A stretch of DNA of 64,000 bases, taken from positions 105,821 through 169,820 of the forward strand of contig CAWGJO010000004.1 in NCBI GenBank assembly GCA_963822945.1. The letters run 5' to 3'. The DNA comes from an uncultured Gemmatimonadaceae bacterium (GTDB lineage Bacteria; Gemmatimonadota; Gemmatimonadetes; Gemmatimonadales; Gemmatimonadaceae). Shown piece by piece: positions 31,085 through 41,590 of the stretch. The notes under the pieces were generated by a model, which was not told the DNA's origin, did not search any database, and saw only the letters and a program-made list of their open reading frames with translations. A program made the position numbers and the translations under genes. Within the stretch, counting starts at the first letter, position 1. Every line of letters begins with the position of its first letter.

Positions 31085-32200
31085 ATGACGACACGACGCG
31101 AGTTTCTCACCCGCGCCACGGTCGCGGGCGGCGCGCTGCTGGGTGGGCTGGTTCCGGGAGTGGGGCGCCTTGGCGCCCTGCTCGCGGAGCCGGCGCCCGG
31201 TGGGGCCATGGACATTCTCATCCTCGGTGGCACCGGCTTCATCGGTCCGCATCTGGTTCGGCGGGCCGTGGCACGGGGCCACCGCGTGACCATCTTCACC
31301 CGCGGCAAGCACCACGCCGACCTGCCGGACTCGGTGATCCGATTGATCGGCGACCGCAACGGCAAACTGCAGGCCCTCGAGGGCAAGCGCTGGGATGCCG
31401 TGATCGACGACTCGGCCACCAACCCCGATTGGGTGCGCCAGTCCACGCAGCTCCTGCGCGATGCCGCCGGCAGCTACCTCTTCACGTCGTCCACCGGCGT
31501 GCATTATCCGTATCGCACGCGCGGACTCGACGAGTCCGATCCACCGCTGTACGAGGCCGCGGATCCCAAGGACGGATCGGCGGCGTTCGGCGTGGCGAAG
31601 GCGCGCTGCGAGCGCGTGCTCGACGCCGCGTTCGGCGATCGCGCCATCGTCGTGCGGCCCACGTACATCGTGGGCCCGGGCGATACCACCGACCGTTTTC
31701 CCTATTGGCCGCAGCGGCTGGCGCGGGGCGGGGAGGTGCTGGCGCCGGGCAGGGACGACGACCCCGTGCAGTTCATCGACGTGCGCGATCTGGCGGCGTT
31801 CATGATTCACCTGGTCGAGTCGGGCCGGCGTGGCACCTACGATGCCGCCGGTCCGGCCACGCCGATGACGGCGCCCGCATTCTATCGCCTGGCCGTCCAG
31901 GCGCTGCACGCAACCGTCACGCTGGTCCGCGTGGACGACTACGCCTTCCTCAAGGAGCACGGCATCGTCGAGGCCATTCCCTGGGCGTATCTGGCCGGGA
32001 ACGACTACGGCATGATGTCGATTCGCAACGACCACGCGGTGGCTGCGGGGCTCGCCTTCCGCCCGGTGGGCGAGACGGTGCGCGATACGCTGGCCTGGTG
32101 GCGGACGCTCCCCGCGGCCCGCCGCGACCACCCGAAGTTCTCCATCACGGCGGCGCAGGAAGCAGCCGCACTCGAGGCCTGGCATGCCCGGGCCGGCTAG
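31085..32200 (+). CDS. Tat-signal NAD-dependent epimerase/dehydratase (extended SDR-like)
   Basis: TRREFL twin-arginine signal; ILILGGTGFIG; VRPTYIVGPGD; QFIDVRDLA. Confidence 0.88.
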   Translation: MTTRREFLTRATVAGGALLGGLVPGVGRLGALLAEPAPGGAMDILILGGTGFIGPHLVRRAVARGHRVTIFTRGKHHADLPDSVIRLIGDRNGKLQALEGKRWDAVIDDSATNPDWVRQSTQLLRDAAGSYLFTSSTGVHYPYRTRGLDESDPPLYEAADPKDGSAAFGVAKARCERVLDAAFGDRAIVVRPTYIVGPGDTTDRFPYWPQRLARGGEVLAPGRDDDPVQFIDVRDLAAFMIHLVESGRRGTYDAAGPATPMTAPAFYRLAVQALHATVTLVRVDDYAFLKEHGIVEAIPWAYLAGNDYGMMSIRNDHAVAAGLAFRPVGETVRDTLAWWRTLPAARRDHPKFSITAAQEAAALEAWHARAG

Positions 32201-32271
32201 ATGACCCCTCCGGTTGGGCGGAGTGCCGCCCGGCCAAACCCACGTTCCCGCCGTCCCCGGAGCGAATTCGA

Positions 32272-34356
32272 ATGACCCGCACCCCCACGAACTTCCGGCG
32301 CTTCGCGCCCGTTGCCCTTCTCGCCGTCCTCGGTACCGCCTGCAAGATCGCCGAACTGCCGCCGGCCGCCGACACCACCGCGCTCAAGCCGCTCAAGGTG
32401 GTGGACGTCGCCTACATGGACACCACGGTCAAGGCGTGCAACGACTTCTTCGAGTTCGCCGACGGCACGTGGCTCAGGACCGACACGATTCCGGCGGCGT
32501 ATTCCTCGTCGGGCGTGTTCAAGGACATGGCCGACCGCAACGAGTTGGTGGTGAAGTCGGTGCTCGAGGACGCGATGGCCAAGGCGCCCTCACTTCCCGA
32601 CACCAGCACCGAGCACAAGCTCGGCACGTTCTACGCCAGCTGCATGGATTCGACGGCCATCGAGTCCGCCGGGCTCACACCGCTGAAGCCGACGCTGGCG
32701 GCCATCGACTCGGTGACGCAGCGCTCGGCGCTCATCCCCGCGGTGGCGCGGCTGCAGGTGAGCGGCGCCAACGTGCTGTTCCGGTACTATCCCAGCGTGG
32801 ATGCGCACGACGCGGCGCACTACGTCGCCGACCTCGACCGGGGCGGGTTGGGGCTCCCCGACCGCGACTACTATCTGGACAAGACGCCGTCGGCCGATTC
32901 CACGCGGCGCGCGTACGTGGCCCACGTCGCGCGGATGCTGCAACTGGCCGGTCAGGACAGCGTGAGCGCCGGTCGGGACGCCGCGCGCGTGTTGTCGCTG
33001 GAGACCGAACTCGCCAGGGCGCAGCTCACGCGCGTGGCGCGGCGCGATCCCAAGGCGAGTGACCACCAGATGCCGGTGGCCGGGTTGCAGCGCATCGCGC
33101 CCAACGTGCAGTGGGCGTCGTACTTTCACGATATCGGCATCAGCAGCCCGCTCGCCAAGGTGAACGTGGACGAGCCGGCGTACATGCGCACGGTGAGCGC
33201 GTTGGTGGCCAGCCGTCCGTTGGAGGACTGGCGGGCGTACCTGCGCTACCACACGCTTTCGAATGCCGCGCCCTGGCTCGACTCCGCGTTCGTGCAGGAG
33301 GACTTCGCGTTCAATCAGCGATTCTCCGGGGCCAAGCAGCTGCTCCCGCGCTGGAAGCGGTGTCTTCGGGCCACCGACGGCGAGATCGGCGAGGCGCTGG
33401 GGCAGGCCTACGTGGCCCGCACCTTCCCGCCCGAGGCCAAGGCGCGGGCGAAGCGGGTGATCGACGACGTACGGGCGGCGTTCAAACAGCGGTTGCTCAA
33501 GCTCACCTGGATGTCCGAAGCCACGCGCGCGCACGCGCTCGACAAGCTGGCGCGCATGGGCGAGAAGGTCGGCTATCCCGATCACTGGCGCGACTATTCC
33601 AACTTGCGGGTGACCCCCGGGCCCTTCGTGCTCAACGTGGCCGCCGCCGACCGCTTCGAGTGGAACCGCACGGTCAACCGGCCCGGGCAGGCGGTGGACC
33701 GGAGCGAGTGGGACATGACCGTGCCCACCGTCAACGCGTACTACGATCCGAGCAAGAACGAGATGGTGTTCCCCGCGGGGGCGCTGGTGCCGCAGACCTT
33801 CGATCCGCATGCCGACGACGGGGCCAACTACGGCTCCCTCGGGGCGAGCTGGGCGGGGCACGAACTCACACACGGGTTCGATGACGAGGGCCGACACTAC
33901 GACGCCCAGGGGAACCTGACCGATTGGTGGACCGCGGCCGATTCCAAGGCGTTCAATGCTCAGGCCGAACTCGATGCCAAGCAGTACGACGGCTATATCG
34001 CAGTGGACACCTTCCACGTGAACGGGCACCTCACACTCGGGGAGAACATCGCCGACTATGGCGGCGCGCTCACCGGCTACGACGCGCTCGAGGCGGCGCT
34101 GAAGCGCGACGGCCGGCCCGGGCTGATCGACGGGTACACGCCGGAGCAACGCTTCTTCATCTCGTGGGCGCAGAGCTTCCGCGCGCATTCGCGTCCCGAA
34201 CGCGAGCGGCTCATGGTGAAGGTCGACCCGCATTCGCCGGACCGGTGGCGGGTGAACGGGCCGCTGTCCGACATGGAAGCCTTCGCCAAGGCGTTCGGGT
34301 GCAAGCCCGGCGATCCGATGGTGCGGCCACGGGCGCTCGTGCCCAAGATCTGGTAG
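32272..34356 (+). CDS. M13 family metallopeptidase lipoprotein (second paralogue)
   Basis: Lipobox LGTAC; ACNDFFEFA, GGLGLPDRDYY, KVGYPD, VNAYY, HELTHGFDDEG, GENIAD, DPHSP. Confidence 0.95.
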   Translation: MTRTPTNFRRFAPVALLAVLGTACKIAELPPAADTTALKPLKVVDVAYMDTTVKACNDFFEFADGTWLRTDTIPAAYSSSGVFKDMADRNELVVKSVLEDAMAKAPSLPDTSTEHKLGTFYASCMDSTAIESAGLTPLKPTLAAIDSVTQRSALIPAVARLQVSGANVLFRYYPSVDAHDAAHYVADLDRGGLGLPDRDYYLDKTPSADSTRRAYVAHVARMLQLAGQDSVSAGRDAARVLSLETELARAQLTRVARRDPKASDHQMPVAGLQRIAPNVQWASYFHDIGISSPLAKVNVDEPAYMRTVSALVASRPLEDWRAYLRYHTLSNAAPWLDSAFVQEDFAFNQRFSGAKQLLPRWKRCLRATDGEIGEALGQAYVARTFPPEAKARAKRVIDDVRAAFKQRLLKLTWMSEATRAHALDKLARMGEKVGYPDHWRDYSNLRVTPGPFVLNVAAADRFEWNRTVNRPGQAVDRSEWDMTVPTVNAYYDPSKNEMVFPAGALVPQTFDPHADDGANYGSLGASWAGHELTHGFDDEGRHYDAQGNLTDWWTAADSKAFNAQAELDAKQYDGYIAVDTFHVNGHLTLGENIADYGGALTGYDALEAALKRDGRPGLIDGYTPEQRFFISWAQSFRAHSRPERERLMVKVDPHSPDRWRVNGPLSDMEAFAKAFGCKPGDPMVRPRALVPKIW

Positions 34357-34362
34357 CGCCGG

Positions 34363-34396
34363 CGCGCCGCGCCGGGACGCTGTCCGGCGCGGCGCG
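34363..34396 (+). terminator. 13-bp hairpin after the M13 gene
   Basis: CGCGCCGCGCCGG-N8-CCGGCGCGGCGCG, 6 nt after the stop. Confidence 0.55.
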
Positions 34397-34496
34397 TTAG
34401 CGGAATCTGCATTGCCGGGCACTTGCGATCCGGCCGGGCGTTTGCTCTACTCCGAGCATCCCCCGGCCGGATTCCATTTCTTCCAGGTTCGTTGCC

Positions 34497-36963
34497 ATGC
34501 GTCTGACGCTTCCCGTGCTCGGCTTGTGCCTCGTCGCCACGACCGCTGCCGCCCAGTCCAACGCCGTGCGGGTGGTGAACGGCGAGTACACGCGCTCGCA
34601 CGACTACGATCTGATCCACCAGCGCATCGCGCTCTCCGACTTCAACTGGGATTCGACGTCGTTCCGGGGCGTCGTGACGACCACCGTGGTCTCGCGACGC
34701 GCGGGGCTCGATTCGCTGGTGCTCGACGAGGGCGCCCTGCTGCACAACACCAAGGTGACCGGGCCCCATGGTCGACTGATGCGCACGGCGCGGCACGGCG
34801 ACACCCTGGTGGTGTTCCCGGCGGCGCCGGTCGCGTTCGGGGACACGCTGCGGTTCACGGTGGCGTACGACGGCCGGGTGGCCAACGGTCGAGGGCTCAC
34901 CTTCATCAGCCCCGACGGGCTGTCCCACCGCCCGCGCCAGCTCTGGAGCCAGGGCGAGGCCATGAACAACCACCTCTGGTTCCCCACGTACGACTTTCCC
35001 AATGACAAGGAGTCGTGGGAACTGAGCGCCACGGTGGACCGGGGGGACGTGGTGGTGTCCAACGGCCGGTTGGTGTCCGACGTGCGGCACGGCGACCGGC
35101 ATACCGTGACCTGGCGCGAGGATCGTCCGTCGGCCACCTACCTCGTGTCGATGGTGATCGGTCCGTTCGCCAGGATCCACGACTCGTGGAAGGGCGTCCC
35201 GGTGGACTATTACGTGTACCATGCCGACAGCGCCAACGCCTGGCGGTTGTTCCACCATACGCCCGACATGATCGACACGTACTCCCGGCTCACCGGCGTG
35301 AAGTATCCGTGGGCCAAGTACGCCCAGACCACGGTGGCCGACTTCTTCGGCGGCATGGAGAACGTGAGCGCCACCACGCTGGTAGACTGGCTGCCGGGCC
35401 CGCACGACTACCAGGACCGGCCGTGGTACCTGGAGTTGCTCATTCCGCACGAGCTCGCCCATCAGTGGTTCGGGGACTACGTCACCACCGAGGACTGGGC
35501 CAATCTCTGGCTCAATGAGGGGTTCGCCGAGTTCATGCCGGGCCAGTACTGGCTGCACGCACGCGGCGAACATGCGGCCGAAGACTACTACAACGACGAG
35601 TACCACCAGTACGTCGCCATCGACGCGCGTCGTCCGATGGCGCTGGCGTCCGAGGGATCCAACAACATCTATCCCAAGGGCGCGCTCGTGCTCCGGATGC
35701 TCGAGGACTATCTGGGCCCCACGCGCTTCTGGGCATCGCTGCACACCTACCTCACCCGCCATGCGTTCGGCAACGCCACGTCGCGACGACCTGCGCCAGG
35801 CGGTGCTGCAGGCGACCGGCGAGAACCTCGACTGGTTCTGGAGCGAGTGGGTGTACTCGGCCGGCTACCCGAAATTGGACGTCAGCGCCACCTACGACAC
35901 CACGGCGCACGCCCTGCACCTCGACGTCCGGCAGACGCAGTTGGACACGCTGCACGCCGGGTCCGACGGCGTGAAGTTCGACGTTCCGGAGGTGTTCCAC
36001 ATGCCGTTCACCATCCGGGTGGGCACGGCGAACGGCGACGTCGTCTCCCACGCGACGCTCGACGCCCGCCACCAGACGATCACGGTACCCGGCGTCCGGA
36101 GCGCGCCGACCATGGTCATCTTCGACGACGGCAACCACGTGCTCAAGCAGCTGACCTTTCACGAGCCCACGGCGTGGCTGGCCACCCAACTCACGCGCGA
36201 TGCGAACCTCTGGAACCGCGAATGGGTGATCGGCCAGCTCGCGCAACGCGCGACGGATACGGTTGCCATCGCCGCGCTGGCGAACGCGGCGGCGCACGCC
36301 GACTACTATCTCACGCGCCAACAGGCCGTGGATGCCCTGGGCAACCTGACCGCCCCGGCGGCCCTCGATGCCGTGCTGGCGGCGTCGCACGATACCTCGG
36401 CCGCCGTGCGCACCGCGGCCGTCACGTCACTGGGTTCGCAGGGCGGCGCGCGGGCCGTGGCGCGTATCCGTGACGCGTTCGCGCACGACTCCAGCGCTCA
36501 CGTGCGGGCGGCGGCGGTGGCGGCGATGGCGGATGCCGATTCGGCGCACGCGGACGCCATTTTCGGCGAGGCGCTGCGGCTGCCGTCCTATCGCGAAGTG
36601 ATCCGGCATGCGGCGCTCCAGGCCATCGCGCAGCAGAACGACACGGCCCGCGTGCCGGATGTCGGGCGGATCCTGGCCCTCGACGGGTTGCCGGCCCAGG
36701 TGCTGGGCGTCTTCGCGGCGCGGGGCGACACGAACGCGCTCGAGGCCCTGCTGCAGCACGTGAACGACGAGCGGGCCGGCGTCCGCCGGTTCGTGGTGCA
36801 GGGGTTGGGGATCGCCGTATCGCGTCCGGACCACTCGGTGGAGCTGACGCGGATCGAACGCGCCGAGTCCACGATCGTCCACGCCGACACCAAACGCGCG
36901 GTGCAGGCGCTGATCGCGCGGGCCAAGCACGCCTCGGGCGGCACGGCGCCGCCCGAGGAGTGA
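34497..36963 (+). CDS. Secreted M1 aminopeptidase with C-terminal HEAT repeats, frameshift near 35785
   Basis: Signal peptide; WFPTYDFPNDK, GGMEN, HELAHQWFGD-x-WLNEGFA, IYPKG; second frame DDLRQAV...WFWSEWV and HEAT repeats (VRTAAV, VRAAAV). Confidence 0.9.
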
Positions 36964-36971
36964 CGGCGGGA

Positions 36972-38801
36972 CTACTGTCCGGCGGGCAGCCGGAAGATGG
37001 CGAGCTGCGGTTGCAGCGCCGTGGCCAGTGCGTGCGCCCCCGGCGCCGAGAACTGGATGGTGACGGTCGCGGCGCCCTGCGGCGTGTCCAGCCGATAGAA
37101 CGCCGTCGTCCCCGGTGACATGATCGAGCTGGCGGTGTCGGTCGTGATCGGGAAGAGTTGCAGGGGGCGGGCGTACGGGATATCGCTGGCCGGACCCGCC
37201 GTGGCGAACAGCCGTGCCCAGAGCTGGGACACATTACGGGTCGCGAACCGATCGGCGGCCGGCGCCGTGTTGCGCGGGAGCCCGGGCAGACTGTCGGTGT
37301 AGAGGGCCAGCCCGAAGTCGGCGAACAGCGTGGGGAACGGCTGCCCCATGGCGTTCTCGATGTTGGGGACGCCCGTCGCGTACGTGTCCTCGAGCTTGCG
37401 GTACACGGCGTTGTTGGTCTGATCGCCCAGCCAACGCAGGAGCAACCAGTCGCCGCCCCGCCACGAGAACCCGTTGTCGGAGTCCGAGTGCAGCGTGACG
37501 CTCGACGTGTCCGGCAGCAGCGCGTACTGGTATGAATCGTACAGGAAGCCCTGCACGAAGCTCTCCGCGGAGTCGGGGAAGAGCTGCGACGGGTCGGTGC
37601 GACCCGAGGGCGGCGGGTACAGTTGCTCGTAGTGCACCGCCCCCTCCTCCTCGGCCACCAGGCTCAAGCCTTCGTCCAGCCACCCCTGTTCCGGCGATCC
37701 GCCGTGCACCACGACGTGCTGCGAGAAGTTCACCAGGTGCTGCAACTCATGCAGGAAGGTGGCCGGGATGTCGAACTCCACCTGGCTCACCGTGTGGGTG
37801 CAACTGGCCACCCCGCTGGGATCGGGGACGATGGAGTAGAAGATCTCGCCCTGGTTGGAGTTGGGATCGGTGGATCCGGCGAAGTCCTCGGAGTTGAAGA
37901 ACCCGGCGATGTAGCCCTGCGTCTGGCACTGCGCACTCGGGCTCAGCCCGTTCACCACCGGCGACATGAGCATGATCACATGCCCGTTGCCGTCGATGTC
38001 CGACGGCGGGCCGAAATTCGCCGTGTCGATGGGGTACAGCGTCTGGTCGAAGTACTGCCCGAACTGCTGCAACTGCGTGTTGGTGAATCCTCCGGCCGGC
38101 GCCAGCGTGTCGACGTACAGCAGGATGTCGTTTCCGGCGTACGCCAGTTTGGCGTCGACCGACTTCCACTGGTAGTTGTTGTTCTGGAAGCTCGACAGCA
38201 CGTGGAAGCTGCGCACGCTGCCGACGGCCGGCACGGTCGCCGCGGCGATCGAGAACGACGCGCGCGCCTGCATGCTGGTCTTCCGGAAGGTGCCGGCGGC
38301 GGCCATCCGGGCGGCGCGCGCACGCAGCGTGGCGTCGAACGCCATCTGCCGACGGTTGGGGTGCGGCATCGGAACGGTGCCGCCGGTCGCGCCGCCGGTG
38401 GGCGGCACGAGCGAGGCCGCCGGCACCAGCGACGGCGTCGCGGCGTCACCGGCGGCCAGGCTGTACGTGACCGGCGAGTTCACCGCCTGATCCGTCGCAA
38501 ACTCCGGCACAACCAGGTAGCTGGCGCCGTTGCCGGCCACGGTGACCGTCGTGCCACCGTTGCTGCAGTCCACGCGCGCGGCCTGGGCCACGGCCAACTG
38601 CAGGGTGCCGCTGACCGAGCACGGATTGACCTTGAACGACGTCGATGGAAGCGTGGGACCGGCCGGGGTGGAACCGCCGCATGCCACGGCGAACACCGCC
38701 GCCAGGCCGGCCAGGAGTTGGACGACCACCGAGCGAGCACCGGGACCGTGGGGCAGAACAGAGACGCGAGGCGTGGACGACGTCGGCATGGCGGGACTCA
38801 T
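36972..38801 (-). CDS. Zinc metalloprotease-like lipoprotein (HExxH; M30/hyicolysin-like)
   Basis: Lipobox FAVAC; FGPPSDIDGNGHVI, GYIAGFF, SNQGEIFY, HELQH...WLDEGLS. Start uncertain (38801 or 38789). Confidence 0.7.
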   Translation of the reverse strand: MSPAMPTSSTPRVSVLPHGPGARSVVVQLLAGLAAVFAVACGGSTPAGPTLPSTSFKVNPCSVSGTLQLAVAQAARVDCSNGGTTVTVAGNGASYLVVPEFATDQAVNSPVTYSLAAGDAATPSLVPAASLVPPTGGATGGTVPMPHPNRRQMAFDATLRARAARMAAAGTFRKTSMQARASFSIAAATVPAVGSVRSFHVLSSFQNNNYQWKSVDAKLAYAGNDILLYVDTLAPAGGFTNTQLQQFGQYFDQTLYPIDTANFGPPSDIDGNGHVIMLMSPVVNGLSPSAQCQTQGYIAGFFNSEDFAGSTDPNSNQGEIFYSIVPDPSGVASCTHTVSQVEFDIPATFLHELQHLVNFSQHVVVHGGSPEQGWLDEGLSLVAEEEGAVHYEQLYPPPSGRTDPSQLFPDSAESFVQGFLYDSYQYALLPDTSSVTLHSDSDNGFSWRGGDWLLLRWLGDQTNNAVYRKLEDTYATGVPNIENAMGQPFPTLFADFGLALYTDSLPGLPRNTAPAADRFATRNVSQLWARLFATAGPASDIPYARPLQLFPITTDTASSIMSPGTTAFYRLDTPQGAATVTIQFSAPGAHALATALQPQLAIFRLPAGQ

Positions 38802-39057
38802 GGGAGGTGGTGCGTGGGAGCACGCGTGGTGACGGCACGGAGCCGGATGCAGTGTGATAGCGCTCCGGCCCCGATAAAGTTCCGGGCCGCGCACGGGCGG
38901 GCCCCTGCTAATGGGACGCACCGATATGCGCGGGCGTCGCGCATGCAAAGAAATCCTAATGAGACGAAAACTTCTGTGGTATCCACCCTTGCGTGAACCG
39001 GATCCTCGCACAATGGTACGGGCCTAATTGACCTGCTAACTCCTGGACGAGGAGCGG

Positions 39058-41390
39058 ATGGCGTCCTCCGGACCGTTGCGTCGCCGGAAAATCGAACGTG
39101 GGGGGATCGCGGGACTGCGGCGCTACAGCGTCGTCTTCGCGCTCGCCCTGGTCGCACTGGGGATCGCCGAGGCGGCGCTGTTCGTCGGCCAGCGCATGGT
39201 GCAGGGCTGGCAGGATCACAGCCGCCACGTGGGGAAGCTGGCGCGGGACGCATTCGCCGTCGCGCTCGACGCCAATGCGGCCGCCTACGAGTACGTCGTC
39301 ACCGGCGCCAGGCAGGAACCGACGGCCGCGCGGTCCGACAGCGCGCGGCTGGATTCGTCCCTCGACGCGTTGGCGGCACTCACCGCCGACAATGCCAGTC
39401 AGCACGATCGGGTGGCAGCGATCGCCGGCGCGGTGCACGCCTGGAACGTGGCGTTCGTCGCTCCGGTGTTGGCCGGCTCGCTCTCCGTGCGCAATGCGCC
39501 ACACACCTCGGCCGATGCGTTCGGTCCGGTGCGAACGGCCTTCGCGCAGTTCCTCACCGCCGAGGACGTCCTGTACGAGAATCGTCGCACGTACAACCTC
39601 GCGCTCGGCCTGGCGGCGCTGGCTGCCATGCTGGTGCCCGGCGCGGCGCTGGCCTGGCTCGTGCTGGCGTCGGGACGGCGCTTCGCGGGGCAGGGCGAAC
39701 AGTTGCAGGAGCAGCAGGACCAATTGGAGGAACAGGCCGTCGAACTGGAGCAGCAGGTCCAGGAACTCGAGACGGCCAATGCGGAGTTGGCGGCATCCGC
39801 GGCGGCCGAGCGGGCGGCGCGCGACCGGGCGGAGCACGAGATGCGCGAACGCCGCCGGAGTGCGGCCCTGCTCGACGCGGCAATGACAAGCTCTCCGATC
39901 GGGCTGTCGTTGCTCGACCGTGAGCTGCGCTACGTCCGGGTCAACGACGCCATCGCGGGCATCACAGGCCTCGCCCCCGCCGACCACCTGGGTCGCACGT
40001 TGCGCGAGGTGAATCCGCAGCTGGACCCGGACGTCGAAGCGGCACTGCGCCGCGTGTTGGAAACCGACCAGCCGCTCCGAAATCTGGAGATGGCGCGCAC
40101 CACCGACGCGCCCGGCGGCCCGCGGCATCTGCTGCTGAACGTGTACCCCGTGAAGACGCCTGACGGCGAACTGCTGGGGCTCGGCGTCGCCGCGGTCGAC
40201 ACCACCGACCAGCGCACGCTCCTCGCCCAGTTCCACCACGCGCAGAAGCTCGAAGCGGTGGGCCGGCTGGCGGCCGGCGTGGCGCACGACTTCAACAACC
40301 TGCTCACCGTCATTCGTAGCTACTGCGACCTGGCTTGCTCGAGATGGCGGACGGCGAGCCCGGGCGCGAGGAGATCGGCGAGATCCGGTCGGCGGGGGAG
40401 CGCGCCGCGGCGCTGGCACGCCAGATGCTTGCGCTCAGCCGCAAGCAGGTGGTCCTGCCTCGCGCGCTGGACGTCGGCGAAGCCGTGGGCGAGATGGAGT
40501 CGATGCTCCGGCGCGTCACGGGTGAGACGGTCGGGCTCGAGTTCCGGCTGGACGATCCGCTGGGGATCGTCCAGCTCGATCCGATGCACCTCGAGCAGAT
40601 CCTGATGAACCTGGTCATCAACGCCGTCGATGCCACCCCGGCGGGGGGCGGGATCGTGATCGAGGCGTCCAATGCCACGGTGAGCGAACAAGAGGCGGCC
40701 CGTCACGTCGGCCTCCGGGCCGGTGACTACGTGGTGATGGCCATACGCGACAACGGCACGGGAATCGACGAGGAGACGCTCCAGCGCATCTTCGATCCGT
40801 TCTTCACCACCAAGCCGCAGGGCCAGGGCACCGGACTCGGGTTGTCGACGGTCTACGGAATCGTCCGGGATGCCGGAGGCTACGTGCGGGTGGAGAGCCT
40901 GCTGGGCCAGGGCACCACGTTCCACGTGTATCTCCCGGCGGAACTCCCGCGGGGGCGGCCGCAGCTCCGACACGCGGCGCAGCCGGCGGAGGCGCCGGCG
41001 GTGGCGCGGGATGGCGAGACGGTATTGGTGGTGGAGGACGAGGACGCGCTGCGCGGCACCCTGACGCGGATCCTGCACCGGCGCGGATACCGCGTGCTGG
41101 ACGCGGCGCATGGGGGCGAAGCGCTGCGTGTGGCGCAGAGCTTCGATGGCACCATCGATCTCGTCCTCAGCGACATCCACATGCCGGGCATGCACGGCCG
41201 GGAGTTGATCGACCGTCTGCGCGCGGACCGGCCGGAACTGAAGGTGTTGTTCACGAGCGGTTCTTCGGCGGGGGACGGTGCGGAGGCAAGCACGGTGACG
41301 GCGCCCTACGCCTTCATCGCCAAGCCGTTCTCCATCGACGAACTGGCACTGGCCGTGCGCCGCGCGCTGGACGCGCCGAACCCGGCCTAG
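39058..41390 (+). CDS. Hybrid sensor histidine kinase (TM-periplasmic sensor-TM-PAS-HisKA-HATPase-REC), frameshift near 40335
   Basis: PAS (LRYVRVN), H-box GVAHDFNNLL, N-box MNLVINAVDA, DNGTGI, FDPFFTTK, GTGLGL, REC (VEDE...DIHMPG...AKPF). Confidence 0.92.
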
Positions 41391-41542
41391 ACCCGCCACG
41401 ACGCCTGGAAGCAATCCCTGGGCGGTCTCGCGGTGTCCGATCCTGGGACGGCCAGTCCCACATCCGACCACCTGCGCCGCCGCCGCCGCCGCTCGTGCAA
41501 CGGCAACATCATGCGCCGTGTGGAGTTGCGTGATGGCACCGG

Positions 41543-41558
41543 CGGCATGACGCTTGCA
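41543..41558 (+). promoter_or_regulatory. Sigma54 (-24/-12) promoter candidate
   Basis: CGGCATGACGCTTGCA: GG-N10-GC with GGCA and TTGCA cores, 32 nt upstream of the GTG at 41591. Confidence 0.6.
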
Positions 41559-41590
41559 CTACCGCCCTGATATCACCCCTGGAGGATTCC

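Noticed and set aside
38802..39057. AT-richer intergenic region considered for a riboswitch (for example c-di-GMP)
   Set aside because: No conserved aptamer core or convincing pairing. It is more simply a divergent promoter region.
41474..41492. (GCC)n short tandem repeat
   Set aside because: Short, intergenic and expected by chance at this GC content.
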